Of a stretch of 64,000 bases of DNA, positions 17,565 to 27,794 are shown one piece after another. The stretch covers positions 160,001 to 224,000 of the forward strand of contig CAVUWA010000005.1 in assembly GCA_963744995.1 (NCBI GenBank), written 5' to 3'. Source of the stretch: Candidatus Eiseniibacteriota bacterium. GTDB lineage: Bacteria; Eisenbacteria; RBG-16-71-46. Made by a program: the position numbers and the translations under genes. The number at the start of each line of letters is the position of its first letter. Within the stretch, counting starts at the first letter, position 1. The notes beneath the pieces were generated by a model, which ran no database searches, had not been told where the DNA came from, and worked only from the letters and a program-made list of their open reading frames with translations.

Positions 17565-20500
17565 TCACTTCCCGGCGGCGCCGGCCGGCGCCGCGGCGGG
17601 CGCGTCCGCCTCCGGCCGGCGTCGCGGCCCGAACGCCCACACGCGCGCGAAGAACGTCTGCGCGTCTTCGATCACCGTGTAGAGCGTCGGCACCAGCACC
17701 AGCGTCAGCAGCGTCGCCGACACCAGCCCGCCGATCACCGTGCGCGCCAGCGGGAAGTACAGAACGTCCCCGACGTGCGCCTGTCCCGCCGACAGCGGCA
17801 GCAGGCCGAGCACCGTGGTCAGCGTGGTCATCAGAATCGGGCGCAGGCGGTCACGTGCCGCGGTGAGAATCGCCTGGGTCCGCTCGGCCCCGTTCTCGCG
17901 CAGCTGGTGAACGTGATGGATCAGGACGATGCCGTTGTTCACGACGATGCCCATCAGAATCAGCAGCCCGATCTGCGCCATGAGGTTGAACGGCGAACCG
18001 GTGAGCAGGCTCATCCACGCGATGCCGACGAACGCGAACGGCAGCGCGAACATGATCGCGAACGGGTGGGTCAGCGACTCGAACAGCCCGGCCATCACGA
18101 AGTAGACCAGGAACAGCGCCAGCAGCAGGTTGATCATCATCTCCTGCTGGGTCTGATCGGCTTCCTGGAAGCCGAACCCGTAGGACCACGAATACCCGAT
18201 CGGGAACGTCATCGCGTTCAGCACGCGGGTGACGTCCTTTCTAATCTGGCCGCCCTTGGTGGACGCGGCGTAGTTTCCCGACACGGTGACGATCGAGCGG
18301 CGCTGCTGGCGCATGATCTGTGCCGGCGTCTCGACGGTGCGGAACCCGGCGACCGAGGCCAGCGGTACCATGTCGCCGCCCGCGCTGCGCATGGGCATCT
18401 CGGCGAGCTGGCTCAGGCTTTCGCGGTCCTCGGGCGCGAGCCGCGCGGTGACCTCGACTTCGCCCTCGGGGCCGCGGTAGCGCGCCAGCGGCCGGCCGCG
18501 GAAGAACAGGGCCACGTCGCTCGCGACCCGCTGCGTCGTGAGCCCGTAGGTCGCCGCCTGATCGCCGCGCACGACGACCTCGACCTCGTCCCGGCCCTTT
18601 TCGCCGCCGACCTCGACGTCGGTCAGACCCTCGACCGTCGCGACGCGCCGGCGGACCTCCTCGGCGAGCATGTCCATGCGCGGCCCGGGGTCCCCGAACA
18701 GTCGTACGGTCAGCCGGGTCGGCGAGTCGTCGTCGTCCTGTCCGCGCAGCACCAGCTTCGCGCCGGGCAGCACCGGCAGCCCGCCGCGCAGCAGATCGCG
18801 CACTTTCTGCGCACCGTCGTCGCTGGCGTAGGCCGGCGTGAGATAGGCGCGCGTGGCCGCGTTGTTGCTGGTGAAGTAGGAGTAGGTGCTCTTGACGTGC
18901 AGCGAATCCTTGCGTGCGTGGATCCAGGTCTCGACGCGGTCCACGTAGCGTTCGGCCTCGCGGTAGTTGACGTTGTCGGCGAACTCGTAGCTGATCGTGA
19001 CCGCGTCCACCTTGGTCCCGGTGAACGCGCTCTTCTCCACCGGGCCGAATGCCACGATCGACACCGCGAACAGGACGAAGCCGAACGCCAGCGTGCGCGG
19101 CCGGTGGGCGAGCGTCCAGCCGAGCAGCCCGCGGTAGCGCCCCGACAGCCATTCGATGGCGCCGATGCGCGGCGAGCGCCCCGCCGGCAGCACGCGCCCC
19201 ATGACCAGCGGAATCGCGGTCAGCGACAGGAACAGCGAGCACGCCAGCGTGAAGATGATCGTGCGGCCGACTTCACCGATCCAGGTCGTGATCTCGGTGC
19301 GACCGCCGATCACCAGCGGCAGGAACACGATCATCGAGGTCGCGGTCGAGCTCATCACCGCCGGCAGCACTTCCTTCGAGCCGACCAGTGCGGCGCGCAG
19401 CGGGCGATATCCCGCCTGGCGCCAGCGTTCGATGCTCTCGAGCACCACGACCGCATTGTCCACGACCAGACCGACAGCGAGCATCAGGCCCATCATCGAC
19501 AGGATGTTGAGCGAGCGGCCGGTGAAGTACATCAGCGCCGCGGCCGCCAGGAGCGACACCGGGATCGAGAGCGCGACCACGAGCGTCGCGGTCCAGCGCC
19601 TCAGGAAGAAGAACAGCACCCCGGTGGCCAGCAGAGCGCCGATCAGTCCCGACTGCACGAGCCCCTGGATGGAATTGGTGATCTCTTCCGCCTGGTCGGT
19701 GAAGGTGAGCACCTGGATCCCGTCGAGCAACGGATCCGCCTTCATGTCCTCGAGCGTGCGGCGCGCGCGGCGTGCGACGTCCACGCTGTTGGCATCCGAA
19801 TCCTTGATCACGTTGAGGCCGATCGCGCGCGTCTGGTCGAGGTGCCGCCCGTAGTCGAGCTCCGGCTCGGACATCTCCACGGTGGCGACGTCGGCGAGCG
19901 TGAGACCCTGCACGCGCAGCGGGAAGCCGCGGATCTCGTCGAGGCTCGCGAACGTGTTGACGACGCGGAGCGGCCACTCCTCGTCGCCGTGCCGCAGCGC
20001 GCCGGCGCTGAGGCTGTGGTTCGACGCCTCGAGCTGCTGAACGACCTCGCGCGCCTCGAGCCCGTGGCGCCGCAGGTCGGCCATGCGGAAGCGGATCTGC
20101 ACCTCGGGCGGCTCGACCCCGTAGAGCTCGACCTTCGCGACCCCGGGCACGCGCCTCAACGGATCCGCCACGTGGCGGTCGAGCAGCTCCCAGGACTGCG
20201 ACAGGTCACGCTCGGCCGAGACCCGGCATTCGAGCACGGGGATGTCCGAGGAGCGGAAGCTGTTGACCTGAATCCGATCCACGTCCACGGGCAGCTGGTC
20301 CCGGATCCGCTCGAGCTTTTCGCGCGCCTCGACCCGCAGCGGCTGGATGTCCACGCCCCAGTCGAACTGGATGAACAGATTCGCCGTGTTCGCGGACGAA
20401 TACGAGAAGATCCTGCGCACGCCGCTCAGCGTGGCGAGCGCCTCCTCGGCCGGGCGGGTGATCTCCTCCTCGACCTGTGCCGGCAGCGCGTTCGGATAGG

Positions 20501-20648
20501 GAATCGTGACGTCGAGGCCCGGGAAGTCGACCTCGGGCAGGAACGCCAGCGGCAGCTTCGTCGCCGCGACCGCGCCGAGCACGATGATGCTCACGATCGC
20601 CATGCTGGCCGTGACCGGATTGCGCAGGCTCCAGCGCGGCAGATTCAC
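17565..20648 (-). CDS. RND efflux permease (AcrB family), subunit 2
   Basis: 1027 aa; GLVVDNAVVVLE, GIVVNNGIVL, RLRPILMTTLTT. Confidence 0.93.
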   Translation of the reverse strand: MNLPRWSLRNPVTASMAIVSIIVLGAVAATKLPLAFLPEVDFPGLDVTIPYPNALPAQVEEEITRPAEEALATLSGVRRIFSYSSANTANLFIQFDWGVDIQPLRVEAREKLERIRDQLPVDVDRIQVNSFRSSDIPVLECRVSAERDLSQSWELLDRHVADPLRRVPGVAKVELYGVEPPEVQIRFRMADLRRHGLEAREVVQQLEASNHSLSAGALRHGDEEWPLRVVNTFASLDEIRGFPLRVQGLTLADVATVEMSEPELDYGRHLDQTRAIGLNVIKDSDANSVDVARRARRTLEDMKADPLLDGIQVLTFTDQAEEITNSIQGLVQSGLIGALLATGVLFFFLRRWTATLVVALSIPVSLLAAAALMYFTGRSLNILSMMGLMLAVGLVVDNAVVVLESIERWRQAGYRPLRAALVGSKEVLPAVMSSTATSMIVFLPLVIGGRTEITTWIGEVGRTIIFTLACSLFLSLTAIPLVMGRVLPAGRSPRIGAIEWLSGRYRGLLGWTLAHRPRTLAFGFVLFAVSIVAFGPVEKSAFTGTKVDAVTISYEFADNVNYREAERYVDRVETWIHARKDSLHVKSTYSYFTSNNAATRAYLTPAYASDDGAQKVRDLLRGGLPVLPGAKLVLRGQDDDDSPTRLTVRLFGDPGPRMDMLAEEVRRRVATVEGLTDVEVGGEKGRDEVEVVVRGDQAATYGLTTQRVASDVALFFRGRPLARYRGPEGEVEVTARLAPEDRESLSQLAEMPMRSAGGDMVPLASVAGFRTVETPAQIMRQQRRSIVTVSGNYAASTKGGQIRKDVTRVLNAMTFPIGYSWSYGFGFQEADQTQQEMMINLLLALFLVYFVMAGLFESLTHPFAIMFALPFAFVGIAWMSLLTGSPFNLMAQIGLLILMGIVVNNGIVLIHHVHQLRENGAERTQAILTAARDRLRPILMTTLTTVLGLLPLSAGQAHVGDVLYFPLARTVIGGLVSATLLTLVLVPTLYTVIEDAQTFFARVWAFGPRRRPEADAPAAAPAGAAGK

Positions 20649-20673
20649 GGACGGCTTCCTCCGGCGCGGCGTC

Positions 20674-23600
20674 TCATCGCGAGCGGTCCACGAGCCCGTA
20701 CACGACCGGGATCACGATCAGCGTGAGCGCGGTGGAGGCGAGCAGGCCGCCCATCAGCGTGATTGCGAGCGGCGCCCGCAGCTCGGCGCCCTCACCGAGC
20801 CCGATCGCCATCGGCAGCAGGCCGAGCACCGTGGTGAGCGTGGTCATGAGGATGGGGCGCAGGCGCACCGAGCCGGCCTCGACCAGGGCGTCCATCTTCG
20901 CCATGCCGTGCTGGCGGAGCTGGCGCGTGTAGTCGACCAGCACGATCGCGTTATTGACGACGATTCCGGCCAGCACGACCAGGCCGATCAGCACCATCAC
21001 GCTCAGCGGCGACAGTGTGACCACCAGCGCGAACACGACGCCGATCAGCGCCAGCGGCAGCGAGAACATGACCACGAACGGGTGCAGCAGCGACTCGAAC
21101 TGGCTCGCCATCACCAGGTAGACCAGGAAGATCGCCAGCAGCAGCGCGAAACGCAGCGATGCGAACGAATCGGCGAGCTCGCTGTTCTGGCCGGCCAGCC
21201 GCACGGTCACGCCGGGCGGCAGGTCGAGGGTCGCAAGCGACGCCTGAATCTCCTCCGCCGCCCCGCCGAGGTCGCGCCCGACCAGGTTGGCCGACACCAC
21301 CGCGGCGCGCTGCTGGCCGATGCGGCGGATGTCGCCGGGACCGCGCGCCACCTTGACGTTCGCGACCGCGCCGAGCGGCACCGTGCGGCCCATGTTGCGG
21401 CCGACTTCGAGGTCGGCGAGACGCGTCACCAGCGAGCGCTCGTCCTCGGTCGCGCGGACGCGGACGTCGATCTTGCGCTCGAGGTCGTTGAACTGCGTCG
21501 CCGCCTCGCCCTGCACGGCATTGCGCACCAGGCGTGAGGCGGAGGTCGGATCGAGGTTCATCGCCGCGAGGCGCGCACGGTCGAAGGCGATCTGCACCTC
21601 CGGGTCGCCGATCCGCATGCTCGACTCGACGTCCTCCAGGCCGCGCACGCGGTCCATGCGCTGCGCCACGCGGTCGGCGATCGTGCGCAGCGTATCGAGA
21701 TCGTAGCCGAACACTTCGACCTCGACCGGGGCGCGGAACGTGAACAGTGCGGGACGCTCGAACTCGTAGGTGACGCCGGGCATGCGCGCCATCGCGGCAC
21801 GCAGGCGATCGGCGACCGCGTTCTCGCCCCGGGGGTCGTCGGCGCGCTTCATGAGCACCGAGATCTGGCCGCGGCTCGGTTCGCGCACCGCGCCCGCGAA
21901 CGCCGACAGATCGGTCTGTCCGGCGCTGGTGTGCACGAACTTGACGCGCGGGTCGTCGCGCACGGTCTCCGCCAGCGACTCCAGCGTGGCGTCGGTGACG
22001 TGCAGGGCGGAACCGGCGGGCAGCTCGACGTTGAAACGGAACTCGCCCTGCGAGAACGGCGGGAACAGATTGCGCGGCAGCGTGAGCCCGAACACCACGG
22101 CCAGCCCCAGTGCCAGCGTGGCAACGCCGAGCACCCGGCCCGGATGCGCGAGCGCTGCGGTCAGCGCGCGCGGGTAGGCGCGGGTGAGCCAGCCGAAGCC
22201 CGCGTCGAACGGCAGCAGCAGCGCGTCCACCACCGGTTTCGTGCGGCGGCCCAGCGCTCCTCCGCCGCGTATCGCGAGCCGCGGCAGCGCCATGATCGCA
22301 AATACCAGCCAGCGCAGGGCGCCGCGCACGCGGCCGCCCTCACCGAGCGCCGGGCGGTCCGCCCGCGCGCGCTCGCGGCCCGGCCCGATCAGGCCGTAGA
22401 TCGTCGGGATCAGCGTCATCGCGACCAGTAGCGACGCCAGCAGCGAGAACGAGATCACCAGGGCCTGATCGCGAATCAGCTGGCCAGCGAGGCCTTCGAC
22501 GAACACCAGCGGTGCGAACACCGCGACCGTGGTGAGCGTCGAGGCGGTGACCGCGCGAGCGACCGTGCCGGCGCCCGCACTCGCCGCGTGCCGCGCGTCG
22601 AGGCCCTCCTCGCGTTTGCGGAAGATGCTCTCCAGCACCACGATCGAGTTGTCCACCAGCATGCCGATGCCGAGCGCGAGCCCGCCGAGCGACATGAGGT
22701 TCAGGGACAGGCCGAACCGGTACATGACGACGAACGTCGCCAGCACCGAGACCGGGATCGACAGTCCGATGATCAGCGTGCTGCGCAGGTCGCGCATGAA
22801 CGCGAACAGCACCAGGATCGCGAGCAGGCCGCCGAGCAGCGCGGCCACCACCACGTCGCCGATGGACGAGCGGATGAAGCGTGACTGGTCCGCCACCGTC
22901 ACCATCTTCATTTCGGGCGGCAGCTGCAGCCGCTTCGCGCGTGCCTGCACCGCCTGCGCGACGGCCACCGTATTCGCGTCGCCTTCCTTGTAAATCGCGA
23001 TCTCCACCGCCTCGTCGCCCCCGACGCGCGCGATGACCTCGCGGTCGCGCGCGCCGCGCGAGACCGTCGCCACGTCGGAGACGCGCACGGCGCCGCCGTC
23101 ACGCGAGGCGAGGATCACGTCGGCGATGTCCTTCGGCGCGCCGAACTGGTTCACCGCGCGCACCAGGTACTCGCTGCGACCCTCGGTGAGCGACCCGCCC
23201 GCCAGGTTGATGTTCTCCGCGGCGAGCCGCTGCGTGACGTCGGCGAGGGTGAGCCCGACTGCCGAAAGCCGCGCGGCATCGACATCGACCTGAATCTCCT
23301 CTTCTTCGCCGCCCGAGACCTTCACCGCGGCGACGCCGGCCACGCCCTCGAGGTCGCGCTTCACCGTCTGCTCGGCGATCCGGCGCAGGCGGCGCAGGTT
23401 GCCGCCCCCCGAAAGCCGCATGCGGATCACCGGGTCCAGCGCCGGGTCGAAGCGCAGGATCGCGGGGCGTTTCGCTTCGCGCGGCAGGGTGACGAGGTCG
23501 ATCTTCTCGCGCACGGCGAGCGAGGCGAGATCCATGCGCGTGCCCGAGGCGAACTCGAGCGTCACCTCCGACTGCCCCGGTCGCGAAATCGAGTGCATGC

Positions 23601-23835
23601 GGCTGAGCCCCGGCACGACGCCCGCGGCTTCCTCGACCGGTCGCGTGACGAACTGTTCCACGTCGGATGGCGCCGCGTCGGGCAGATCGGTGCGGATGGT
23701 CAGTGACGGGTAGGAGATGTCCGGCAGCAGATCGACGGCCAGACGCGACGAAGCGACCAGGCCGAAGATCACCACGGCGACCGTGGCCATGAACACCGTG
23801 ACGGGGCGGCGGATCGAGCTGTCGACGAGTCGCAT
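20674..23835 (-). CDS. RND efflux permease (AcrB family), subunit 1
   Basis: 1053 aa; RRPVTV, LLPDISYP, GMLVDNSIVVLE, RLRPILMTTLTT. Confidence 0.93.
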   Translation of the reverse strand: MRLVDSSIRRPVTVFMATVAVVIFGLVASSRLAVDLLPDISYPSLTIRTDLPDAAPSDVEQFVTRPVEEAAGVVPGLSRMHSISRPGQSEVTLEFASGTRMDLASLAVREKIDLVTLPREAKRPAILRFDPALDPVIRMRLSGGGNLRRLRRIAEQTVKRDLEGVAGVAAVKVSGGEEEEIQVDVDAARLSAVGLTLADVTQRLAAENINLAGGSLTEGRSEYLVRAVNQFGAPKDIADVILASRDGGAVRVSDVATVSRGARDREVIARVGGDEAVEIAIYKEGDANTVAVAQAVQARAKRLQLPPEMKMVTVADQSRFIRSSIGDVVVAALLGGLLAILVLFAFMRDLRSTLIIGLSIPVSVLATFVVMYRFGLSLNLMSLGGLALGIGMLVDNSIVVLESIFRKREEGLDARHAASAGAGTVARAVTASTLTTVAVFAPLVFVEGLAGQLIRDQALVISFSLLASLLVAMTLIPTIYGLIGPGRERARADRPALGEGGRVRGALRWLVFAIMALPRLAIRGGGALGRRTKPVVDALLLPFDAGFGWLTRAYPRALTAALAHPGRVLGVATLALGLAVVFGLTLPRNLFPPFSQGEFRFNVELPAGSALHVTDATLESLAETVRDDPRVKFVHTSAGQTDLSAFAGAVREPSRGQISVLMKRADDPRGENAVADRLRAAMARMPGVTYEFERPALFTFRAPVEVEVFGYDLDTLRTIADRVAQRMDRVRGLEDVESSMRIGDPEVQIAFDRARLAAMNLDPTSASRLVRNAVQGEAATQFNDLERKIDVRVRATEDERSLVTRLADLEVGRNMGRTVPLGAVANVKVARGPGDIRRIGQQRAAVVSANLVGRDLGGAAEEIQASLATLDLPPGVTVRLAGQNSELADSFASLRFALLLAIFLVYLVMASQFESLLHPFVVMFSLPLALIGVVFALVVTLSPLSVMVLIGLVVLAGIVVNNAIVLVDYTRQLRQHGMAKMDALVEAGSVRLRPILMTTLTTVLGLLPMAIGLGEGAELRAPLAITLMGGLLASTALTLIVIPVVYGLVDRSR

Positions 23836-23873
23836 GGGCCTCTCTCATCCCCCGCGGCGATCCGCGGCGTGGA

Positions 23874-24968
23874 TCACAGGGTCACGGGGCGGATCTTCGA
23901 ACCGGGCTTCAGACCGCCCTGGCCGACGGTCACCACGCTGTCCCCCTCGACGAGCCCCGAGAGGATCTGCGCCGTGTCGTGCTCGACCGCGCCCAGCCGG
24001 ACGCCGATCTTCTGCACCGAATCGCCGCGCGCCACGAACACGTAGGCGTCGCCGTCCTCGGTCAGCACGCCGCGCCGCGGCAGCAGCAGGGCGTTCTCGA
24101 AGCTTCCCGTCTTGAGCCGCACCCGCGCGAAGGCGCCGGGCCGCAGCGTTTCGTCGGTATTGGGCAGCTCGAGCGTCACTTTGAACGTGCCGTTGTTGCG
24201 GTCGACCACCGGGTTGACCAGCGACACGCGTGCCTTGAACGTCCGATCGGGGTGCGTGTCCAGCGTCAGGTCGGCCGACTGGCCGATGCGGACGCGCGAA
24301 AGCTCGCGCTCGGGGAAGTACAGCCGCGCACGCAACGGGGTGAAGTCGACGAGCCGGAAGCACGTCTTGCCCGCCTGCAGGTTCTCGCCCAGATTGACCA
24401 TGCGCTCGACCACGCGCCCCGCGAACGGGGCTTCGATCTTCGTCTGCGACAGCTCGTAGCGGGCCTGTTCGAGCGCGACCCAGGTATTGCGGACCGCGAG
24501 CTCCAGATCGTCGAGGTCCTTCTGGCTGAGGTAGCTCTTCGCCTCGAGCTGCTTGCCGCGGTCCAGCTCGCGCTTCGCCACCTCCCATGCCAGCTGCGTG
24601 CGCTCGACCGCGAGACGTTCCGCCGTGTCGTCGAGCCGGGCGAGCATCTGGCCCTTCCGGACGTAGGTGCCCTCTTCGATCGGCAGCGCCACGACCTGGC
24701 CTTCGCGTTGTGCCACCAGATCGGCGACGTTGCGCGCCTCGAGCGTGGTCGTGGTCTCGAGGAACGTCGCGATCGGGCCGGTCTGCACCTTCGAGAGCTC
24801 GACCGGCGACGCGAGCGGGCCGTCGTCCTTCTTCTTGCCGTCCTTGCCGTTGCCGCCCGCGTTCTTCGCCGCGATGACCACACCGGCGATCGCGACGATC
24901 GCGACCAGCCCGGCGATGGACCACACGACGGCGCGGCGTGGTCCGCGCCTGACGTTCTGGGTTTCCAT
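23874..24968 (-). CDS. RND periplasmic adaptor (membrane fusion protein)
   Basis: N-terminal TM, lipoyl halves (EGTYVRKGQMLARLD; IEAPFAG), alpha-hairpin, LRPGAFARV. Confidence 0.93.
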   Translation of the reverse strand: METQNVRRGPRRAVVWSIAGLVAIVAIAGVVIAAKNAGGNGKDGKKKDDGPLASPVELSKVQTGPIATFLETTTTLEARNVADLVAQREGQVVALPIEEGTYVRKGQMLARLDDTAERLAVERTQLAWEVAKRELDRGKQLEAKSYLSQKDLDDLELAVRNTWVALEQARYELSQTKIEAPFAGRVVERMVNLGENLQAGKTCFRLVDFTPLRARLYFPERELSRVRIGQSADLTLDTHPDRTFKARVSLVNPVVDRNNGTFKVTLELPNTDETLRPGAFARVRLKTGSFENALLLPRRGVLTEDGDAYVFVARGDSVQKIGVRLGAVEHDTAQILSGLVEGDSVVTVGQGGLKPGSKIRPVTL

Positions 24969-25119
24969 CCGGGACCTCCTCGCCTTCCATTCGCTGCGGC
25001 GCGGGAGCCGCGACGCTCGACCTGCCCTTCGTCGGTGAGACCGTGGCGCCGCGCGAGGGGTTTCATGAATTCCGCGCCGTCGTGCGCCCCTGCCGGCTCA
25101 CACCCGTACGCTCCTTGCC

Positions 25120-25146
25120 TACGGCCGTCACCGGCGTGGGGTTGCA
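25120..25146 (-). promoter_or_regulatory. Putative ECF (SigW-like) promoter of the RND operon
   Basis: Minus strand TGCAAC-N17-CGTA, upstream of the adaptor gene. Confidence 0.45.
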
Positions 25147-25335
25147 TCGGGATCGGGGAGGGACGAACGGGGCCGGGCGGCGGATGAGCGCGGCAGCGGC
25201 GGGACGCGCGTTCCCATGCCGCGCGTCCCCGCCGCGGCGCCCCGCGTGCGGGGGGCGCGCCGCCCGGAGCCGCGGGGCCGGACGGCCGCCGCGGGGGACG
25301 CATCGGAGCGGCGCCCGCGGGCCGCTCCCCCAACG

Positions 25336-25368
25336 AAAAGCGGCGGCCCGGGCGTCCGGGCCGCCGCT
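25336..25368 (-). terminator. Intrinsic terminator after the TWG-tail gene
   Basis: Perfect 13-bp stem AGCGGCGGCCCGG/CCGGGCCGCCGCT with 4-nt loop, ending in TTTT on the minus strand. Confidence 0.8.
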
Positions 25369-25383
25369 CCTGCACGGGGCGAT

Positions 25384-26106
25384 CTAGTGATACATCGTCT
25401 TGATGCGGCCCCAGGTGGATTCATGGACCGGCACCGGGCATTCGATCAGCAGCGTGATCTGGCCGATGTCGCCCCAGCTGCCGTACTGACGGGTCGCGCC
25501 GCAGTTGGGATCCAGGAACACCGGGTAGTCCGCCGGCTTGGCCAGCTGATCCGTGTCGCCGCCGCCGATTCCGTTCGCGACCACGAACCGCAGCACGCAG
25601 CTGGTGCCGTCGAAGTAGCCGCTGGAATCGATGTTCAGCCGCGACTGGACGGGAGTGCCGTCAACGTAGATGACCGTGACGATCGACTGCGTCACCTGAA
25701 TCGTTCCCGTGGAGCTCGAGCCGTTGGCCCACGGTCCGTCCCCCGACAGGAAGAACGACCCCCCGTTGAACACGTTCGTGTACACGACATTGCCGGTTCC
25801 CGTCATGTCACGATTGTCCTCGACGCTCTGCGGACCCGCCTGCACGCCGCACTGGAAGCTCCACTGCGTGCCGAGGTTCGCCCCGTCCCAGGACTGCGAG
25901 TTGAATACGTCTCCCACGCCGTGGTTGGCGTTGAGAGGGGCCGCCCACGACTGCGTGCCACGGCCGAGCAGCACCGCGCCGCCCAGGTCGGTCGAGTTGT
26001 AGGTGCCGGGCGTCGGAATCCCGTTCGGCGGCATGGCCCAGGCGCCCACGGCACATGCGGCGCTCAGGATGACCGTGCCGGACAGCATCCGTAGCATTCT
26101 GTTCAT
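25384..26106 (-). CDS. Secreted beta-rich protein with C-terminal STWGxIKxxY tail
   Basis: ATG at 26106 after GGAGGGAG. Signal peptide ending AWA; ends ECPVPVHESTWGRIKTMYH. Confidence 0.8.
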   Translation of the reverse strand: MNRMLRMLSGTVILSAACAVGAWAMPPNGIPTPGTYNSTDLGGAVLLGRGTQSWAAPLNANHGVGDVFNSQSWDGANLGTQWSFQCGVQAGPQSVEDNRDMTGTGNVVYTNVFNGGSFFLSGDGPWANGSSSTGTIQVTQSIVTVIYVDGTPVQSRLNIDSSGYFDGTSCVLRFVVANGIGGGDTDQLAKPADYPVFLDPNCGATRQYGSWGDIGQITLLIECPVPVHESTWGRIKTMYH

Positions 26107-26177
26107 CGTGACTCTCCCTCCGCTTGATGCGTGTGATAGACGAAATGCGGGACGCGCGCACCGAGGCATCGTACTCC

Positions 26178-26193
26178 TGCAATCACCGCGCCA
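26178..26193 (-). promoter_or_regulatory. Putative sigma54 promoter
   Basis: Minus strand TGGCGCGGTGATTGCA, near-consensus TGGCAC-N5-TTGCW, about 70 nt upstream of the ATG. Confidence 0.7.
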
Positions 26194-26386
26194 CAGTCCC
26201 CATTGCGAGGGCTCCATTCAATCCGTTGCCCGACAGCTTCTTGTCCGGGGACCGGGCCACGGTAGCCGGCGGCGCACCTGTCAAAACCGCCGGCGGCAGC
26301 CATGACGTCAGGAGGCCGGCATCAAACGGTCCCGCGCCGGGCGCGGGCGCCCCGGCCCTGCCGGGCGCGGGCGGACCGTGGCGTCG

Positions 26387-27790
26387 CTACACTCGATGGG
26401 TCGCCGCCGGCGCCCCGGTGGGCTCCGCTCAGCAGTACCAGGGCTCCGAGAGGTAGGGCAGCGGCGCCCGCGAGCGCACGGGCAGGGCCGGCCGCCGCGT
26501 CGCGCGGCGACCTTCCATCGCCGCCGCGAAGACCCGCTCGAAGATCGCGCGCCGCCCGGCGCCGTCCGCACCGGCGCCGGCGACGAGATCGGCGAGGGTG
26601 AGCTGCAGTGCGTCCATGTCCGGGTCCGGATGCCGCCAGCGCCACGCGAGCGCGGCTTCGTCGAACCCGTCCAGATGCCCGCGGGTCTCGGGCCGCTCGA
26701 GCAGCAGTGAACCCGCCGGCAGCAACAGCCGGATCGCGAGCTGGATCGGTGCGACCTGCTCCACCAGATCCTGCGCTTCGATGAAGTCGAGCAGGTCGAG
26801 GTAGCCGGCGCGGTCGATCCACGGCGTGAACGCCACGAACGTCGGCGCCAGGTGGAGCCCCGCCGCGCGCGTGGCCCGCACGGCGCGGATCACGTCGGCG
26901 CGCGTGTGACCCTTGTCGAGGATCCCGAGGATCCGGTCGTCGACCGCTTCGACCGCGCTGGTCACGAACAGGCAGCCGGTTTCGCGCAGCACCGGCAGGC
27001 GGTCTTCGTGCGCGAGCAGGTGCTCGACCTTGATGGTCACGTCATACGTCAGTGCGGGATGCGCAGCGTGCAGCGCCCTGACGAGCGGCAGCGCGTGGCC
27101 GATGCCGTTGAAGAAATCGGGATCACCGAAGGTCACGTGGGTCGCCCCGGCCGCGACCTGGCGCCGCACGTCCTCGAGCACGACGTCGCGCGGCACGGCG
27201 CGGAAGCGGCCGCCATAGACCGGCACGATCGGGCAGTGACGGCAGCGATGCTTGCATCCGCGGCTCGCTTCGGTGGCGCCCACGACCCGCGTCCCGCCGT
27301 CCGGCATCACCAGCCGCGCGTAGCGATCGAGCGGCGGCAGGCCGCGTCGTTCGGGTACCCGGTACTGGAGTCGCTCGAGCCCGTCCGGTGCGACCGGCCC
27401 TGCGGGCGGCGGCACCCCCGCGGCGAGGGCGCGGGCGAGGCGCACGAGGTCGGCTTCGAACTCGGCGCCGAGCACGGTGTCCACGCCGATCCGGCGCAGG
27501 TAGGCCGCGTTCATGGGCGCGTAGAGACCGAAGGCGGCCAGGTGCGGGCGCGGCGCGCCGCGCGCCAGGCGTTCGATGTGCGCCGTGGCGAGCCGGGTCG
27601 CGGTGTGCATCGGCAGGTGAAAGGCGACCAGGTCGGCCGTGCGCAGGGCCGCCTCGTCGAGCGGGTCCACGGCGTGGTCGTGGAGCGTGACCTCGACGCC
27701 CTCGCCTTCCAGCCAGGCGGCCGGACTCGCCAGTCCGAACGGCTGCCGGCCCAGGTCGTAGGTGCCGACGAGCGCGACGCGCAGATTCAC
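26387..27790 (-). CDS. CUAEP-tail radical SAM protein, probable selenoprotein (UGA at 26429-26431 read as Sec)
   Basis: CxxxCxxC motif SRGCKHRCRHC after a B12-binding-like N-terminal domain. The end reads TGG TAC TGC TGA GCG GAG CCC = W-Y-C-U-A-E-P and stays open to TAG at 26387-26389. Confidence 0.85.
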
Positions 27791-27794
27791 CGGC

